Origin: Eledone cirrhosa | Lineage: Eukaryota | Direction: 5' to 3' | Length of the DNA stretch: 64,000 nucleotides | Assembly (NCBI GenBank): GCA_964016885.1 | Contig: OZ024757.1 | Span: forward strand, 4,836,001 to 4,900,000 | In this document: positions 1 to 12,951 of the stretch, piece by piece | How positions within the stretch are numbered: position 1 is the first letter of the stretch | Layout: each line of letters opens with the position of its first letter | The notes under the pieces: model-generated | Seen by the model: the letters and a program-made list of their open reading frames with translations, nothing else | What the model was told of the DNA's origin: nothing | The model's database searches: none | Position numbers and translations under genes: made by a program

Positions 1-256
1 TTACATTTTGTTGACACCAGCAACTTACAAATGTCTTTCCCAGTCAAGACACCATCTTTCAAAACTACACCCCAGTTGTGTTTTGGAGTTGTCTAGCAGC
101 TCGTAATGGCTTCCCTACTCCTGTCACTTTGCTCTCTAACAATGAGAGTAGTTTCATTATACAATAGTTTCATTATTGGTTCCAAAGTACTTGCCATTAA
201 GAGATTTGCTATTACATGTATTGCTATTACAGTATTAATTTTGTCATCACTGGTGG

Positions 257-690
257 CTCACCTTACTGAGGTGTCAGGTGATGTCTGTGAGGATACCTGG
301 TTATTTCAGTACCTTAGCCTCACCTTACTGAGGTGTCAGGTGAGGGTACCTGGTTATTTCAGTGCCTTAGCCTCACCTTACTGAGGTGTCAGGTGAGGGT
401 ATCTGGTTATTTCAGTACCTTAGCCTCACCTCACTGAGGCTTCAGGTGAGGTTACCTGGTTATTCCAGTACCTTAGCCTCACCTTACTGAGGTGTCAGGT
501 GAGGGTACCTGATTATTTCACTACCTTAGCCTCACCTTACTGAGGTGTCAGGTGAGGTTACCTGGTTATTTCAGTACCTTAGCCTCACCTTACTGAGGTG
601 TCAGGTGAGGGTACCTGGTTATTTCACTACCTTAGCCTCACCTTACTGGGGTGTCAGGTGAGGGTACCTGGTTATTTCACTACCTTAGCC
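257..690. repeat. 53-bp tandem minisatellite, ~8 copies, with internal inverted repeat (CCTCACCT...AGGTGAGG)
   Basis: CCTTAGCC recurs at 312, 365, 418 (period 53). Confidence 0.95.
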
Positions 691-930
691 ATGCCATAAC
701 CCGTGGTAATGTTGCCAGTGTGTTGGCTTGCCTCAAAGTGTGGTGTTAACCCCTAAGGTGTGAGGTGCAGCTAATTGTCACACCTGGTGGTGAATTTCCC
801 CTCTCCTCCTTTTTTCTTTCCTTTATCATTATTGTTCAATAAATTATATTATTATATTTTTATACACGGCTTAGACATTATATTTGTAATGTTTTTCTAA
901 AAGAATTGCGAGCAATTTATAATGTTTTTT

Positions 931-1201
931 ACACATCTGTAATGTTATTTATATATATATATATATATATACAACATATCTGTAATGTTATTTATGTATA
1001 TATATATATTTATACAACATATCTGTAATGTTATTTATATATATATATATATACAACATATCTGTAATGTTATTTATGTATATATATATACAACATATCT
1101 GTAATGTTATTTATGTATATATATATATATACAACATATCTGTAATGTTATTTATGTATATATATATATATATATATATACAACATATCTTTAATGTTAT
1201 T

Positions 1202-1262
<61 letters not shown>

Positions 1263-2118
1263 CACATCTGTAATGTTATTTATGTATATAGATATATAGA
1301 TATATAACATATCTGTAATGTTATTTATGTGTATATATATATATATACAACATATCTGTAATGTTATTTATGTATATATATATATACAACATATCTGTAA
1401 TGTTATTTATGTATATATATATATATAACATATCTGTAATGTTATTGATATATATATATATATACAACATATCTGTAATGTTGGCTTAGTGGTTAGAGCA
1501 TTGGCCTTGCAATCGAAAGGTTGTGAGTTCAATTCTCAGACCAGGTGATGTGTTGTTTCCTTGTGCAAGACACTTTTTCTCACATTGCTCCAGTTTACTC
1601 AGCTGTAGAAATGAGATGATAGGGACTGGGGTCCATATCATTCCACTGCAAAGTGGTCGTGGAGGTGCCACGGCAAAAAAGCACCCAGCCCACACTGTAA
1701 ATGAGGTTGGTGTTAGGAAGGGCATCCAACTGTAGAGATCAAGCCAGAATCAGTTTCCGTCCCACCCTTGCAAGCAGGGAAAAGCGGACGTAAAATGAAA
1801 TGATGAAATGATGATGATATAACATATCTGTAATGTTATTTATGTATATATATATATATATATATAACATATCTGTAATGTTATTTATATATATATATAT
1901 AACATATCTGTAATGTTATTTATATATATATATATAACATATCTGTAATGTTATTTATATATATATATATAACATATCTGTAATGTTATTTATGTATATA
2001 TATATATACAACATATCTGTAATGTTATATATATATATATACATATATATAAAACATATCTGTAATGTTATATATATATATATATATACATATATATAAA
2101 ACATATCTGTAATGTTAT
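931..2118. repeat. Compound minisatellite: constant ACATATCTGTAATGTTATTTAT core plus variable (TA)n, interrupted by a SINE
   Basis: About 20 or more copies of the core separated by (TA)n of variable length. Confidence 0.95.
1482..1819 (+). mobile_element. tRNA-derived SINE with CORE-like middle and RTE-derived 3' tail, slightly 5'-truncated
   Basis: A-box TGGCTTAGTGG, B-box GAGTTCAATTC, CORE-like TCCTTGNGCAAGACACTT; tail matches the RTE 3'UTR at ~49337-49600; ends in (TGA)n. Confidence 0.9.
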
Positions 2119-2221
2119 TCAATTGAAATTTAAACTTAAAGGTGTAGTAATGCCACAAACGTTTTTCTATCTTTAAATAATTAGATACTTATTTATATAA
2201 TTGTAAATACAAGTGCCACAG

Positions 2222-2299
<78 letters not shown>

Positions 2300-2580
2300 C
2301 ATGCTAGAGTCCCAGAGAACGAGAGAAGAATGAAGGACAGGTATATGCATGGTAGAAATAGCAGCCAAAGCCCAGCAAAGTACAGAATGAAGAACACACA
2401 CACTCCCTCTCTCGTTCTCTCTCACACACACACACACATATATTTATGTATGCATGTATGTATATGGTTAATGGAATTATGTAATAAAATGAAGATGTAC
2501 AAATAAAACTGTCTCTCTTATTTATTACACTGTCACTTCGATTGATACCTTACTGAGAAAATCCTAATCGTAAAGTGCTT

Positions 2581-2630
<50 letters not shown>

Positions 2631-2632
<2 letters not shown>

Positions 2633-2935
2633 TAATTCAAAATATTAACAAAAATAGACATTCGTGTGATCAAGTATATTTTATTATACATATTTCAGAG
2701 GTACTGAGCTATCTTCAACAGTACGTCCTCATCAGATAAAATAAGATGAAGCATGACATACCCTGACATAGTAGATGGTTAAGATTCAGTCATGGTATGT
2801 CAGGGTATGTCATGCATCATCTTATTTTATCTGATGAGGACGTACTGTTGAAGATAGCTCAGTTCCTCTGAAATATGTATAATAAAATATACTTGATCAC
2901 ATGAATGTCTATTTTTGTTAATATTTAGAATTAAT
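2631..2935. mobile_element. Near-perfect palindrome (~140-bp arms, 25-nt loop), probably an inverted Penelope-like pLTR pair
   Basis: 2631-2770 is the reverse complement of 2796-2935; each arm has a CTGATGA...GAAA core; flanked by (TA)n. Confidence 0.7.
2823..2889 (+). ncRNA. Minimal type-I hammerhead ribozyme motif (mirror copy 2677-2743 on -)
   Basis: TATTTTAT-CTGATGA-stem II-GAAA-TATGTA-TA-ATAAAATA; stem I pairs TATTTTAT/ATAAAATA. Confidence 0.6.
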
Positions 2936-3049
2936 ATTAATAACTCTGGAAAACCATAGCTGTTGAGTGCTTCCCATCTATTGTAAAACTCATTCTTTGA
3001 TTTATTCATTGAACCTTGTTTAACCTTTAAATATATATATATATATATA

Positions 3050-3185
3050 TATCTGTAAAAGGTAAACAGAAATAACAACACAATCGGTACAGTATATGCA
3101 AGGTATATATTAGGTTAATGCTTGATATAGCAGGAAGAGGATCTTAACGTTTTGGATGCTAGTCCTTTATCAGAAGAAAGAGTGA
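3050..3185 (-). mobile_element. Penelope-like pLTR fragment with mutated hammerhead core
   Basis: Reverse complement of ~59875-60010; core here reads CTGATAA...AAAACGTT. Confidence 0.65.
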
Positions 3186-3334
3186 TAAATAAAATATATA
3201 TATATATATAAAGCACTTTACGATTAGGATTATATATATATATATATATATAAGTTATTCCGGGTTGAATCAGAGGTAACCACAGTAAGTAAGGTACTCA
3301 ATACATAGCAGAGAATACAAGTTTTAATATAGAA

Positions 3335-3388
3335 GAGCTTCTACAGGACTAGAACTGTTTCATTCATGAGAAATCATCAGGGAGCTGC
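3335..3388 (-). ncRNA. Type-I hammerhead ribozyme motif within a Penelope-like remnant (~3252-3790)
   Basis: Minus strand: GCTCC-CTGATGA-TTTCTCATGAAT-GAAA-CAG-TTCTAGTC-CTG-TA-GAAGC; stem III ACAG/CTGT; GUA cleavage triplet. Confidence 0.6.
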
Positions 3389-3946
3389 TGTCCAAGTAGT
3401 GGTATTTATATCTTTTCTTTTCTGGTGGTAGGAGAGGGTGGGGATTGGGATGGGTGGAGGTCATTGGTTGAAGGATTTAAAGAAAAGGGAGTTCATTAAA
3501 AGCTAATTCTTTAAAGCTATAGTATTAACAAAGGCAGGAAGAATACTGTAAACAAAATCATGTTTGGAATACCAATCCTAGTTTATCACTTAGACTAACA
3601 ATGGCTGTAAGACAGGTGTCTACAGGATGGGTGGGGTTCAATGGTTTAAAGAAAAGGGAAATTCTTTAGAAGCTAATTCTTTAAGGCTGAAATAAGGGTG
3701 ACAAAGGCAGAAAGGGTTCCATCAACAGATTCAAGTGTTGGGTGCTTCCCCTTATTGTGAAGTTTCTCTTAATATATATTCCAGGTGTGGACAAACACAT
3801 TCACACACTTGCTCACTTACACACGTACACACACACATACAAATATATATACATACATACAAATATGTGTACATACATATATATATATATACATATAACA
3901 TATGTATATATATATGTATATATATATATATATATATACATATACA

Positions 3947-4912
3947 TGGTTGACTGGGTGGTATTTCTAATGTCACCAACACAACCACCTTACAGGGTGG
4001 TATTTCTCATGTCACCATCACAACCACCTTACAGGGTGGACTGGGTGGTATTTCTCATGTAAACAACACAACCACCTTACAGGGTAGACTGGGTGGTATT
4101 TCTCATGTCACCAGCACAACCACCTTACAGGGTGGACTGGGTGGTATTTTTCATGTCACCAGCACAACCACCTTACAGGGTGGACTGGGTGGTATTTCAT
4201 GTCACCAACATAACCACCTTACAGGGTAGACTGGGTGGTATTTCTCATGTCACCATCACAACCACCTTACAGGGTAGACTGGGTGGTATTTCTCATGTCA
4301 CCATCACAACCACCTTACAGGGTGGACTGGGTGGTATTTCTCATGTCACCATCACAACCACCTTATAGGGTAGACTGGGTGGTATTTCTCATGTAACCAG
4401 TATAACCACCTTACAGGGTGGACTGGGTGGTATTTCTCATGTAAACAACACAACCACCTTACAGGGTAGACTGGGTGGTATTTCTCATGTCACCAGCACA
4501 ACCACCTTACAGGGTGGACTGGGTGGTATTTTTCATGTCACCAGCACAACCACCTTACAGGGTGGACTGGGTGGTATTTCATGTCACCAACATAACCACC
4601 TTACAGGGTAGACTGGGTGGTATTTCTCATGTCACCATCACAACCACCTTACAGGGTAGACTGGGTGGTATTTCTCATGTCACCATCACAACCACCTTAC
4701 AGGGTGGACTGGGTGGTATTTCTCATGTCACCATCACAACCACCTTATAGGGTAGACTGGGTGGTATTTCTCATGTCAACAACATAACCACCTTACAGGG
4801 TGGACTGGGTGGTATTTCTCATGTCACCAACGCAACCACATTACAGGGTAGACTGGGTGGTATTTCTCATGTCAACAACATAACCACCTTATGGAATGGT
4901 CTGGGTGGTATT
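3947..4912. repeat. 48-bp tandem minisatellite (~20 copies) with a 382-bp higher-order duplication
   Basis: Unit GGTGGACTGGGTGGTATTTCTCATGTCACCATCACAACCACCTTACAG; ORFs at 4093 and 4475 are identical. Confidence 0.95.
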
Positions 4913-4939
4913 GGTGGAGTACACAACCTACAATGTCGA

Positions 4940-5370
4940 CAATGTAGCATTCAGATCGAATTTTCTTTTGATTTAATTTAATGAACCATAATCTCTCGGA
5001 CTCCATTTTAACGGCCATATCAACAGCAAATTGTTGGAAAAGTCCCGAGAACGGTGTAGATGGTTGAATGAATTGTTCCTTACCATAAATCAGAAAGCGT
5101 AGAAATCCATGCAAGTGACAGATTTCCTAAGATGTGCCTCACCATTGCCTGCCGAATGTTGAGGAATGCCAAACTGGTATCCGTCCTCACCGTTGACAAA
5201 TAGCAATGGATACTGAAGTGCATCGTAAGACCTGTGTGTCTCATTGATACGCTGTAATATGCTGTCTCGGTGCTTTACAATGATATCTCTCTTGTTGTGC
5301 TGTTCACCACAAATAACCGCAGCAATCTCATTACATGTTGGTGCGTTGAACTGACAAGCGTGTTCTCCAT
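4940..5370 (-). pseudogene. Helitron RepHel fragment (Helitron_like_N region)
   Basis: Translates to FNAPTCNEIAAVI...RINETHRSYDALQYPLLF..GEDGY and LFQQFAVDMAVKMESERLWFIKLNQKKIRSECY, typical Helitron Rep-region motifs. Confidence 0.85.
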
Positions 5371-5515
5371 GTCACAACTCATGGCAAAAGATTAGGATAT
5401 GAACAGAAATTTATTTCTAAGTGTATCATTTAAAAAATGACAAGCAACTTTTCGAGTCTGTGGAACTTCTAAGAGTTACTTCATGACAATCAGTTTAGAT
5501 TTGTAAGAGGAAGAG

Positions 5516-6340
5516 TTAGTTAAAATGTTTCCCTCTTGTGTGTGTTTGTTTGTATTTATTTAAGTTACTATTCCTAATAAAAGATTTCCCACATATTTCA
5601 CAGTGGTAAGGTCTTTCACCAGTATGTGATCTTTTATGTACAATCAAATTACCACTTTGTACGAAATACTTCCCACATATTTCACAGTAAAAGGGTTTCT
5701 CTCCAGTGTGAGTTCTTTTATGTCTCAAGTCATCACCCCTGACAAAAGATTTCTCACATATTTCACAATGGAAGGGCTTTATTCCAGTGTGGTTATATCT
5801 ATGGTTAATGAGACTAGCATTCTGAAAGAAAGATTTCCCACATATTTCACAATCATAATGCTTTTCTCTACTGTGTGTTCTTTTATGTGCATTGAAATTA
5901 CTGTTGTATACAAAAGATTTCCCACATATTTCACAATGATAGGGTTTCTCTCCAGCGTGTGTTCTTTTATGAAGTACAACACTAAAATGTTCAGCAAAAG
6001 CTTTCCCACATATTTCGCAGTGGAAACGTTTTACTCCAGTGTGAGTACGTATATGTCTAACAAGATCTGATTTCGAAGTGAAAGATTTCTCACATATTTG
6101 ACAGTGATAGGGTTTATCTTTAGTGTGTGTTCTTTTATGTGTAGATAATTCATCTTCTGGTGAGAAAGTTTTCCTACAAATCTCACAGCTATATTCAGGA
6201 ATATTTCTGTATATTGATCCTTGTTCAGTACATGTTTCACTAGGTAAAGGTTTCTCACTACTGTATGTCTGTGTAACAGTATCCATATTGGTAGAAACAG
6301 GTGTGGTAGAAATGTCCAAGTGTTTAACGTCCTCTATCAT
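5516..6340 (-). CDS. C2H2 (Kruppel-type) zinc-finger protein A, 274 aa, ~8 fingers (some degenerate)
   Basis: Repeated [10 protein letters not shown]...[10 protein letters not shown]; candidate splice acceptor TTTTACAG near 6603. Confidence 0.85.
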   Translation of the reverse strand: MIEDVKHLDISTTPVSTNMDTVTQTYSSEKPLPSETCTEQGSIYRNIPEYSCEICRKTFSPEDELSTHKRTHTKDKPYHCQICEKSFTSKSDLVRHIRTHTGVKRFHCEICGKAFAEHFSVVLHKRTHAGEKPYHCEICGKSFVYNSNFNAHKRTHSREKHYDCEICGKSFFQNASLINHRYNHTGIKPFHCEICEKSFVRGDDLRHKRTHTGEKPFYCEICGKYFVQSGNLIVHKRSHTGERPYHCEICGKSFIRNSNLNKYKQTHTRGKHFN

Positions 6341-6749
6341 AATTATTGAAGAATTCTTCGAAGTTCTGAAGATATATGACTGTGTAAGACAGATGTCGGT
6401 ATAAGAAAGTGTAAGAGAGTGAGTGTGTGTGTCTTAATAAATGAGGATTGTTCACCACGGAGTGTAGAAAAGTACACAATATCTGCTGTGTTAACAATAC
6501 AAATAATACGTACTTTATATTTCAAGTCCAAGTGTAAAGTCAAGAAAGACCAGAAAAGCTAATTGTTCAGATGTTGGTGATTTAAACCTATTTCTCACTG
6601 TCCTGTAAAATGTGGAACAACCAATTCGCGATGTAGCGTAGTTTCTCATGAAATGAAATATTTAATCATGTAGGAGATGGAACACCTACCCTGGAACATG
6701 TAGCTCACTCTATGTTATCTATGAATATTAACTTTCACCTTAACATGAG

Positions 6750-6886
6750 ATAATTGCTATACAAGATATAATTAGATTAATTAAAGTTATAATTAAGATA
6801 GCAGGTACGTGGTGTCGTTGACAATGTTTCCCTGATCATAAATAACACCGGTGTCATGCGTTAAAAGTCCCTGACATAATTTAATA
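6750..6886 (-). promoter_or_regulatory. Partial copy of repeated cassette X upstream of ZNF A
   Basis: Matches ~62860-62990 (ACAAGATATAATTAGATTAATTAAAG...AAAAGTCCCTGA). Confidence 0.55.
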
Positions 6887-6919
6887 TCTTCAGCCAGACC
6901 TTCAGTTATATCAATTCAC

Positions 6920-7090
6920 TCCACAACTATATTCAGGAATATTTCTGTGTAATGATCCATGTTCAGTACATGTTTCACTAGATAGAAGTTTCTCACCACT
7001 GTATGACTGTGTAACTGTATCTATATTGGTAGAAACAGGTGTGTTAGAAATGTCCAACTGTTTAACGTCCTCCATAGTAATTCTTCAAGT
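6920..7090 (-). pseudogene. Third, truncated copy of the ZNF A/B N-terminal coding region
   Basis: Similar to 6185-6350 and 10795-10955 (MEDVKQLDISNTPVSTNIDTVTQS...). Confidence 0.75.
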
Positions 7091-7249
7091 ATATTTAAAA
7101 GTTGAGAATTGATATTACAGTGAAGAAAATGTTTGTGTGTATGTGTTCTATTGAAACACTACTGTGTTGTTCTGGGCCTATCTCAGTAGAATTTCAAATG
7201 GTAGATGGACATATTCTACATTTACTTTAATATAGATTTAAACAAAGAT

Positions 7250-7465
7250 GGTAGAATGGCAGAATTGGTAGAGCACCAGATAAAATATTATTGCAGTATT
7301 TGTTCTGGTTCTTAACATTCCCAGTTCAAATCCTGCCAAGGTCAAATAATTATTTCAACATTTTAGAGTTGACAAAATATATTACCAGTCGGTGTATTGG
7401 GGTTGGTTTAATCAACTTTGCTCCTCTCCTAAATCTGCTGCTCTTGAGCCTAATTTACAAATCAA
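7250..7465 (+). mobile_element. Degenerate tRNA-derived SINE (Meta-type family)
   Basis: TGGCAGAATTGG A-box, AGTTCAAATCC B-box, tail similar to 15844-15990 and 37650-37795. Confidence 0.65.
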
Positions 7466-7742
7466 CAGAGATTTAATTAGTTTTAGCAAATAATATTTGT
7501 TGCTTCATATTTCTTGAAACATTTCTTATAATTGACTGTGACTAACAACAATCAGTAAACTATACCATCACTACCCCTAATGATACAAACCTGGACAGTG
7601 TGGGAGAATTCTTTCTGGCATGGAGAACATTAGGTGCCAGTTACCTTGTGGTCTCAGGAGAGGACAGAATGGTGAAAGGGGGTTACCCTGGAGGACAGCA
7701 AGTGAGATGTGTTGAAATAGCTTTTAAAACCTGTGGGGATTT

Positions 7743-8002
7743 CTCCTGTGTGTGGACAACTCCACCCTGATAACAGTTAGTAGGGAGGTAGTTTAGGGAC
7801 CAAGTCTGACAATTTTCTCCACCACTATAGTTTAACAAGACACTCCTGTGTGTGGCTAACTCCACCCTGATAACAGTTAGTAGGGAGGTGGTATAGAGAC
7901 CAAGTCTGACGATTGTCTCCACCACTATAGTTTAACAAGACACTCCTGTGAGTGGCTAACTCCACCCTGATAACAGTTAGTAGGGAGGTGGTATAGGGAC
8001 CA
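7743..8002. repeat. 100-bp tandem repeat, ~2.6 copies
   Basis: CTCCTGTG at 7743, 7843, 7943. Confidence 0.9.
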
Positions 8003-8233
8003 AAAATGCCAGAAATCTCCATTACTACAAGTTCAACAACAAACAACTGATACTTCAACAGTTTGTGATATTTTGTGACTAAGTTTTCATTTTTCTTGTT
8101 ACTTTAGGGAAACAATGATACCACCAAAGTTAGTGGCCCTATAACCAGGATATTGTCAAATTTCTAAATTTCAGTTGTAAAATATACGAGGAGTGATAGA
8201 ATTTCAATGATTTTAAACAATATTGAAGTGTTT

Positions 8234-8951
8234 GTGTTAGATGTATTAAAACTACTTACAAGATGATATCATTACATAGTGTTAATAACAGAGATTTAGA
8301 TGGGTGTTAGATGTATTAAAACTACTTACAAGATGATATCATTACATATGGTGTTAATAACAGAGATTTAGATGGGTGTTAGATGTATTAAAACTACTTA
8401 CAAGATGATATCATTACATGTGGTGTTAATAACAGAGATTTAGATGGTTGTTAGATGTATTAAAACTACTTACAAGGTGATATCATTACATATGGTGTTA
8501 ATAACACAGATTTAGATGGGTGTTAGATGTATTAAAACTACTTACAAGATGATATCATTACATATGGTGTTAATAACACAGATTTAGATGGGTGTTAGAT
8601 GTATTAAAACTACTTACAAGATGATATCATTACATATGGTGTTAATAACAGAGATTTAGATGGGTGTTAGATGTATTAAAACTACTTACAAGATGATATC
8701 ATTACATGTGGTGTTAATAACAGAGATTTAGATGGTTGTTAGATGTATTAAAACTACTTACTAGGTGATATCATTACATATGGTGTTAATAACACAGATT
8801 TAGATGGGTGTTAGATGTATTAAAACTACTTACAAGATGATATCATTACATATGGTGTTAATAACAGAGATTTAGATGGGTGTTAGATGTATTAAAACTA
8901 CTTACAAGATGATATCATTACATATGGTGTTAATAACAGAGATTTAGATGG
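8234..8951. repeat. 72-bp tandem minisatellite, ~10 copies, with 288-bp higher-order structure
   Basis: GTGTTAGATGTATTAAAACTACTTACAAGATGATATC... period 72; diagnostic variants recur 288 bp apart. Confidence 0.95.
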
Positions 8952-9579
8952 CAAAATAACAAAAAGTTGAAGTTACAGACTTGATAAATTCCTTAAATAT
9001 AATTCTTTTATTAACAACAAATAGAATGAAATTTAGGACATAAATACTATTTACAAAATTAATTATGAAAAATTAATAAATTGTTTACAAAACAATGAAA
9101 TCAATAAAAAAAAAGGTAGTCAGAAAGAAAAAGAAAAACAGGTAAAACTACTCCTTCAATTACTGTAACAGAGAACGTTGGTGTTACCCTCTAAAATTTC
9201 TGAGACTGGACACTCACAGCAATACCTCATGTGACAGAGGGCCCTCCAATTACACACTACAACAGGCAATGTTGGTGTAAGCCTCTAAAAGTTATCAAAG
9301 CAGAGAAGACATTACCTCAGGTGATAGAGGGTCCCTTAATTACACACACTATAGCAGGGAATGCTGGTGTTGACAAACCAATGATGAAATTTCTGGCATA
9401 GATTTAAAATTAATTCAAAACGTCAAGAATAGATCAGAGAAAGATTTTCATTTCGAATGAAAATATATATGTAAAAATGGCCAGCAATATTTGGAGTCTC
9501 TCAAACTGCCAAGTATTCACATTTGATATTGGTGGAAAATAAGTTTAGATTTGTAAGAGGAAGGATGTCTCATGTTTCA

Positions 9580-10943
<1,364 letters not shown>

Positions 10944-11334
10944 TGTAATTATTGAAGAATTCTTCGCAGTTCTGAAGATATATGACTGTGTAAGACCGAT
11001 GTCGGTATAAGAAAGTGTAAGAGAGAGAGTGTGTGTGTTTGTGTCTTAATAAATGAGGATTGTTCACCACGGAGTGTAGTAAAGTACACAATATCTGCTG
11101 TGTTAACAACACAAATGATACGTACTTTATATTTCAAGTCCAAGTGTAAAGTCAAGAAAGACCAGGAAAGCTGGTGATTTAAACCTATTTCTCACTGTCC
11201 TGTAAAATGTGGAACAACCAATTCACGATGTAGCGTAGTTTCTCATGAAATGAAATATTTAATCATGTAGGAGATGGAACACCTACCCTGGAACATGGAG
11301 CTCACTCTATGTTATCTACAGAATATTAACTTTC

Positions 11335-11796
11335 GGCACTACATGCTATTAGCTGTCACAAGTGAAAGTTTCGTCAACCTTCTCAATCGTAAACATCCTT
11401 TATTTCCGTATTACCACGCTATATTTTAATAAAGCATATCGATGTCAGTGGAGTTGTTAATTAAATGAAAACATAGGTGGTCCTTAAAAGGGCAAGATTA
11501 GAAAACAAGTCATGGTTATCAAATAAATTGGATTTAATCATTTATATTTTCATAGTCATGGTTATCAATTTCATGTATAGGGTTGGTGAAACAAATTTGA
11601 TAACCATATATTTGTTTATAAACTTAAATTTCTTTTCTAATTTGTCCCCTTTTAAGGGCCACCTATATTTTCATTTAAGTAACACCACTTACATCGATAT
11701 GCTTTATTAAAATAACCCGTGGTAATACAGAAATAAAGGATGTTTACTATTGAGAAGGTTGACGAAACTTGTGACAGCTAATAGCATGGTAGTGCC
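11335..11796. mobile_element. Foldback MITE with GGCAC...GTGCC termini
   Basis: Whole element is an imperfect palindrome; related to 61471-62087. Confidence 0.8.
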
Positions 11797-12044
11797 AATT
11801 AAATTATAAATTACAAATTAACATCGAAAAATAAGTAAAATAAAATATTACGGTCCTCAATACAGGTGGACCGCCCTGTCTTGCACTAACATAGTCTCCA
11901 ACGTAGAATGTTTTCTTTTTTACCAGTGTTTAATATATTTTTTTTTTAATTCTATTGTAAAGATTATGTTGAAATTCTGAAAATCTAATAAATGTATGAT
12001 TTTAAAAATAAAATAATTTAAAGGAAGTAATTTTGTACTCTCAT

Positions 12045-12556
12045 AAGAGGAGGATAGAGTAATAGAAGTAAAGAGAGGGTGAGAACTAAGAAGTTGATAG
12101 AGTAATAGATGTAAAGAGAGGGGGAGAAATAAGAGGTTGATAGAGTAATAGATGTAAAGAGGGGGAGAAATAAGAGGTTGATAGAGTAATAGATGTAAAG
12201 AGAGGGTGAGAACTAAGAGGTTGATAGAGTAATAGATGTAAAGAGAGGGAGGCGGAATAAGAGGGAGAAAGAGTTATAGATGTAAATAGAGGGGGAGAAC
12301 TAACAGGTAGATAGAGTAATAGATATAAAAAGAGGGAGAGAAATAAGAGAGAATAAGAGTAATAGATGTTAAGAGAGGGGGAGAAATAAGAGGGAGAAAG
12401 AGTTATAGATGTAAAGAGAGGGCCAGAACTAAGGGGTAGATATAGTAATAGATGTAAAGAGAGGGTGAGAAATATGCGGAAGATAGAGTAAAAGATTTAA
12501 AGAGAGGGGGAGAAGGACGAGATAGATAGACATAAAAATGTAAAGAGAGGGGGAGA
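12045..12556. repeat. Degenerate purine-rich ~40-bp tandem repeat
   Basis: GAGTAATAGATGTAAAGAGAGGG recurs about 12 times. Confidence 0.85.
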
Positions 12557-12951
12557 GTGTGACTCGCATTTATCTGTCTATCTCTCTTTTTTTTTGCGTC
12601 TTCCTTATATCGTAGTCTCTCACCACTCCTCCGCAAAGCCGATTGCCGCACCCTCTTTGCTCTTTTTCAGTCACCTGGAACTAAGTAAAAAGAGTAGGAG
12701 ATAACTCGAGAAGAGCCGGAGAGGGTGAGATTCGAACCATGTAAAGTCGTAGGCCCCTGAGGTTCGTAAGAGGGGCTGCTACTGATTGGACAACCCGGCA
12801 AATCGCGTTAAAATAAAGCTTATATTGAGCAAAAAAAAAAATTTTCCTGTCGTGTCGCCATCTTGTTTGTTGTTCTTTTATTTTATGTAAACATTCGCTG
12901 CTCTAGCGTCTTATTTCCTGTTAAATTACACTTAATTCCATTTGAATAAAC

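Noticed and set aside
1482-1545. tRNA gene-like A/B boxes here and at other SINE heads
   Set aside because: No complete cloverleaf; they continue into SINE bodies.
931-2118. Constant repeat with variable spacers resembling a CRISPR array
   Set aside because: Spacers are only (TA)n, there are no cas genes, and the context is eukaryotic.
1028-4750. Many YIYIYI, THTH and repeat-derived ORFs here and throughout the window
   Set aside because: Translations of microsatellites and minisatellites.
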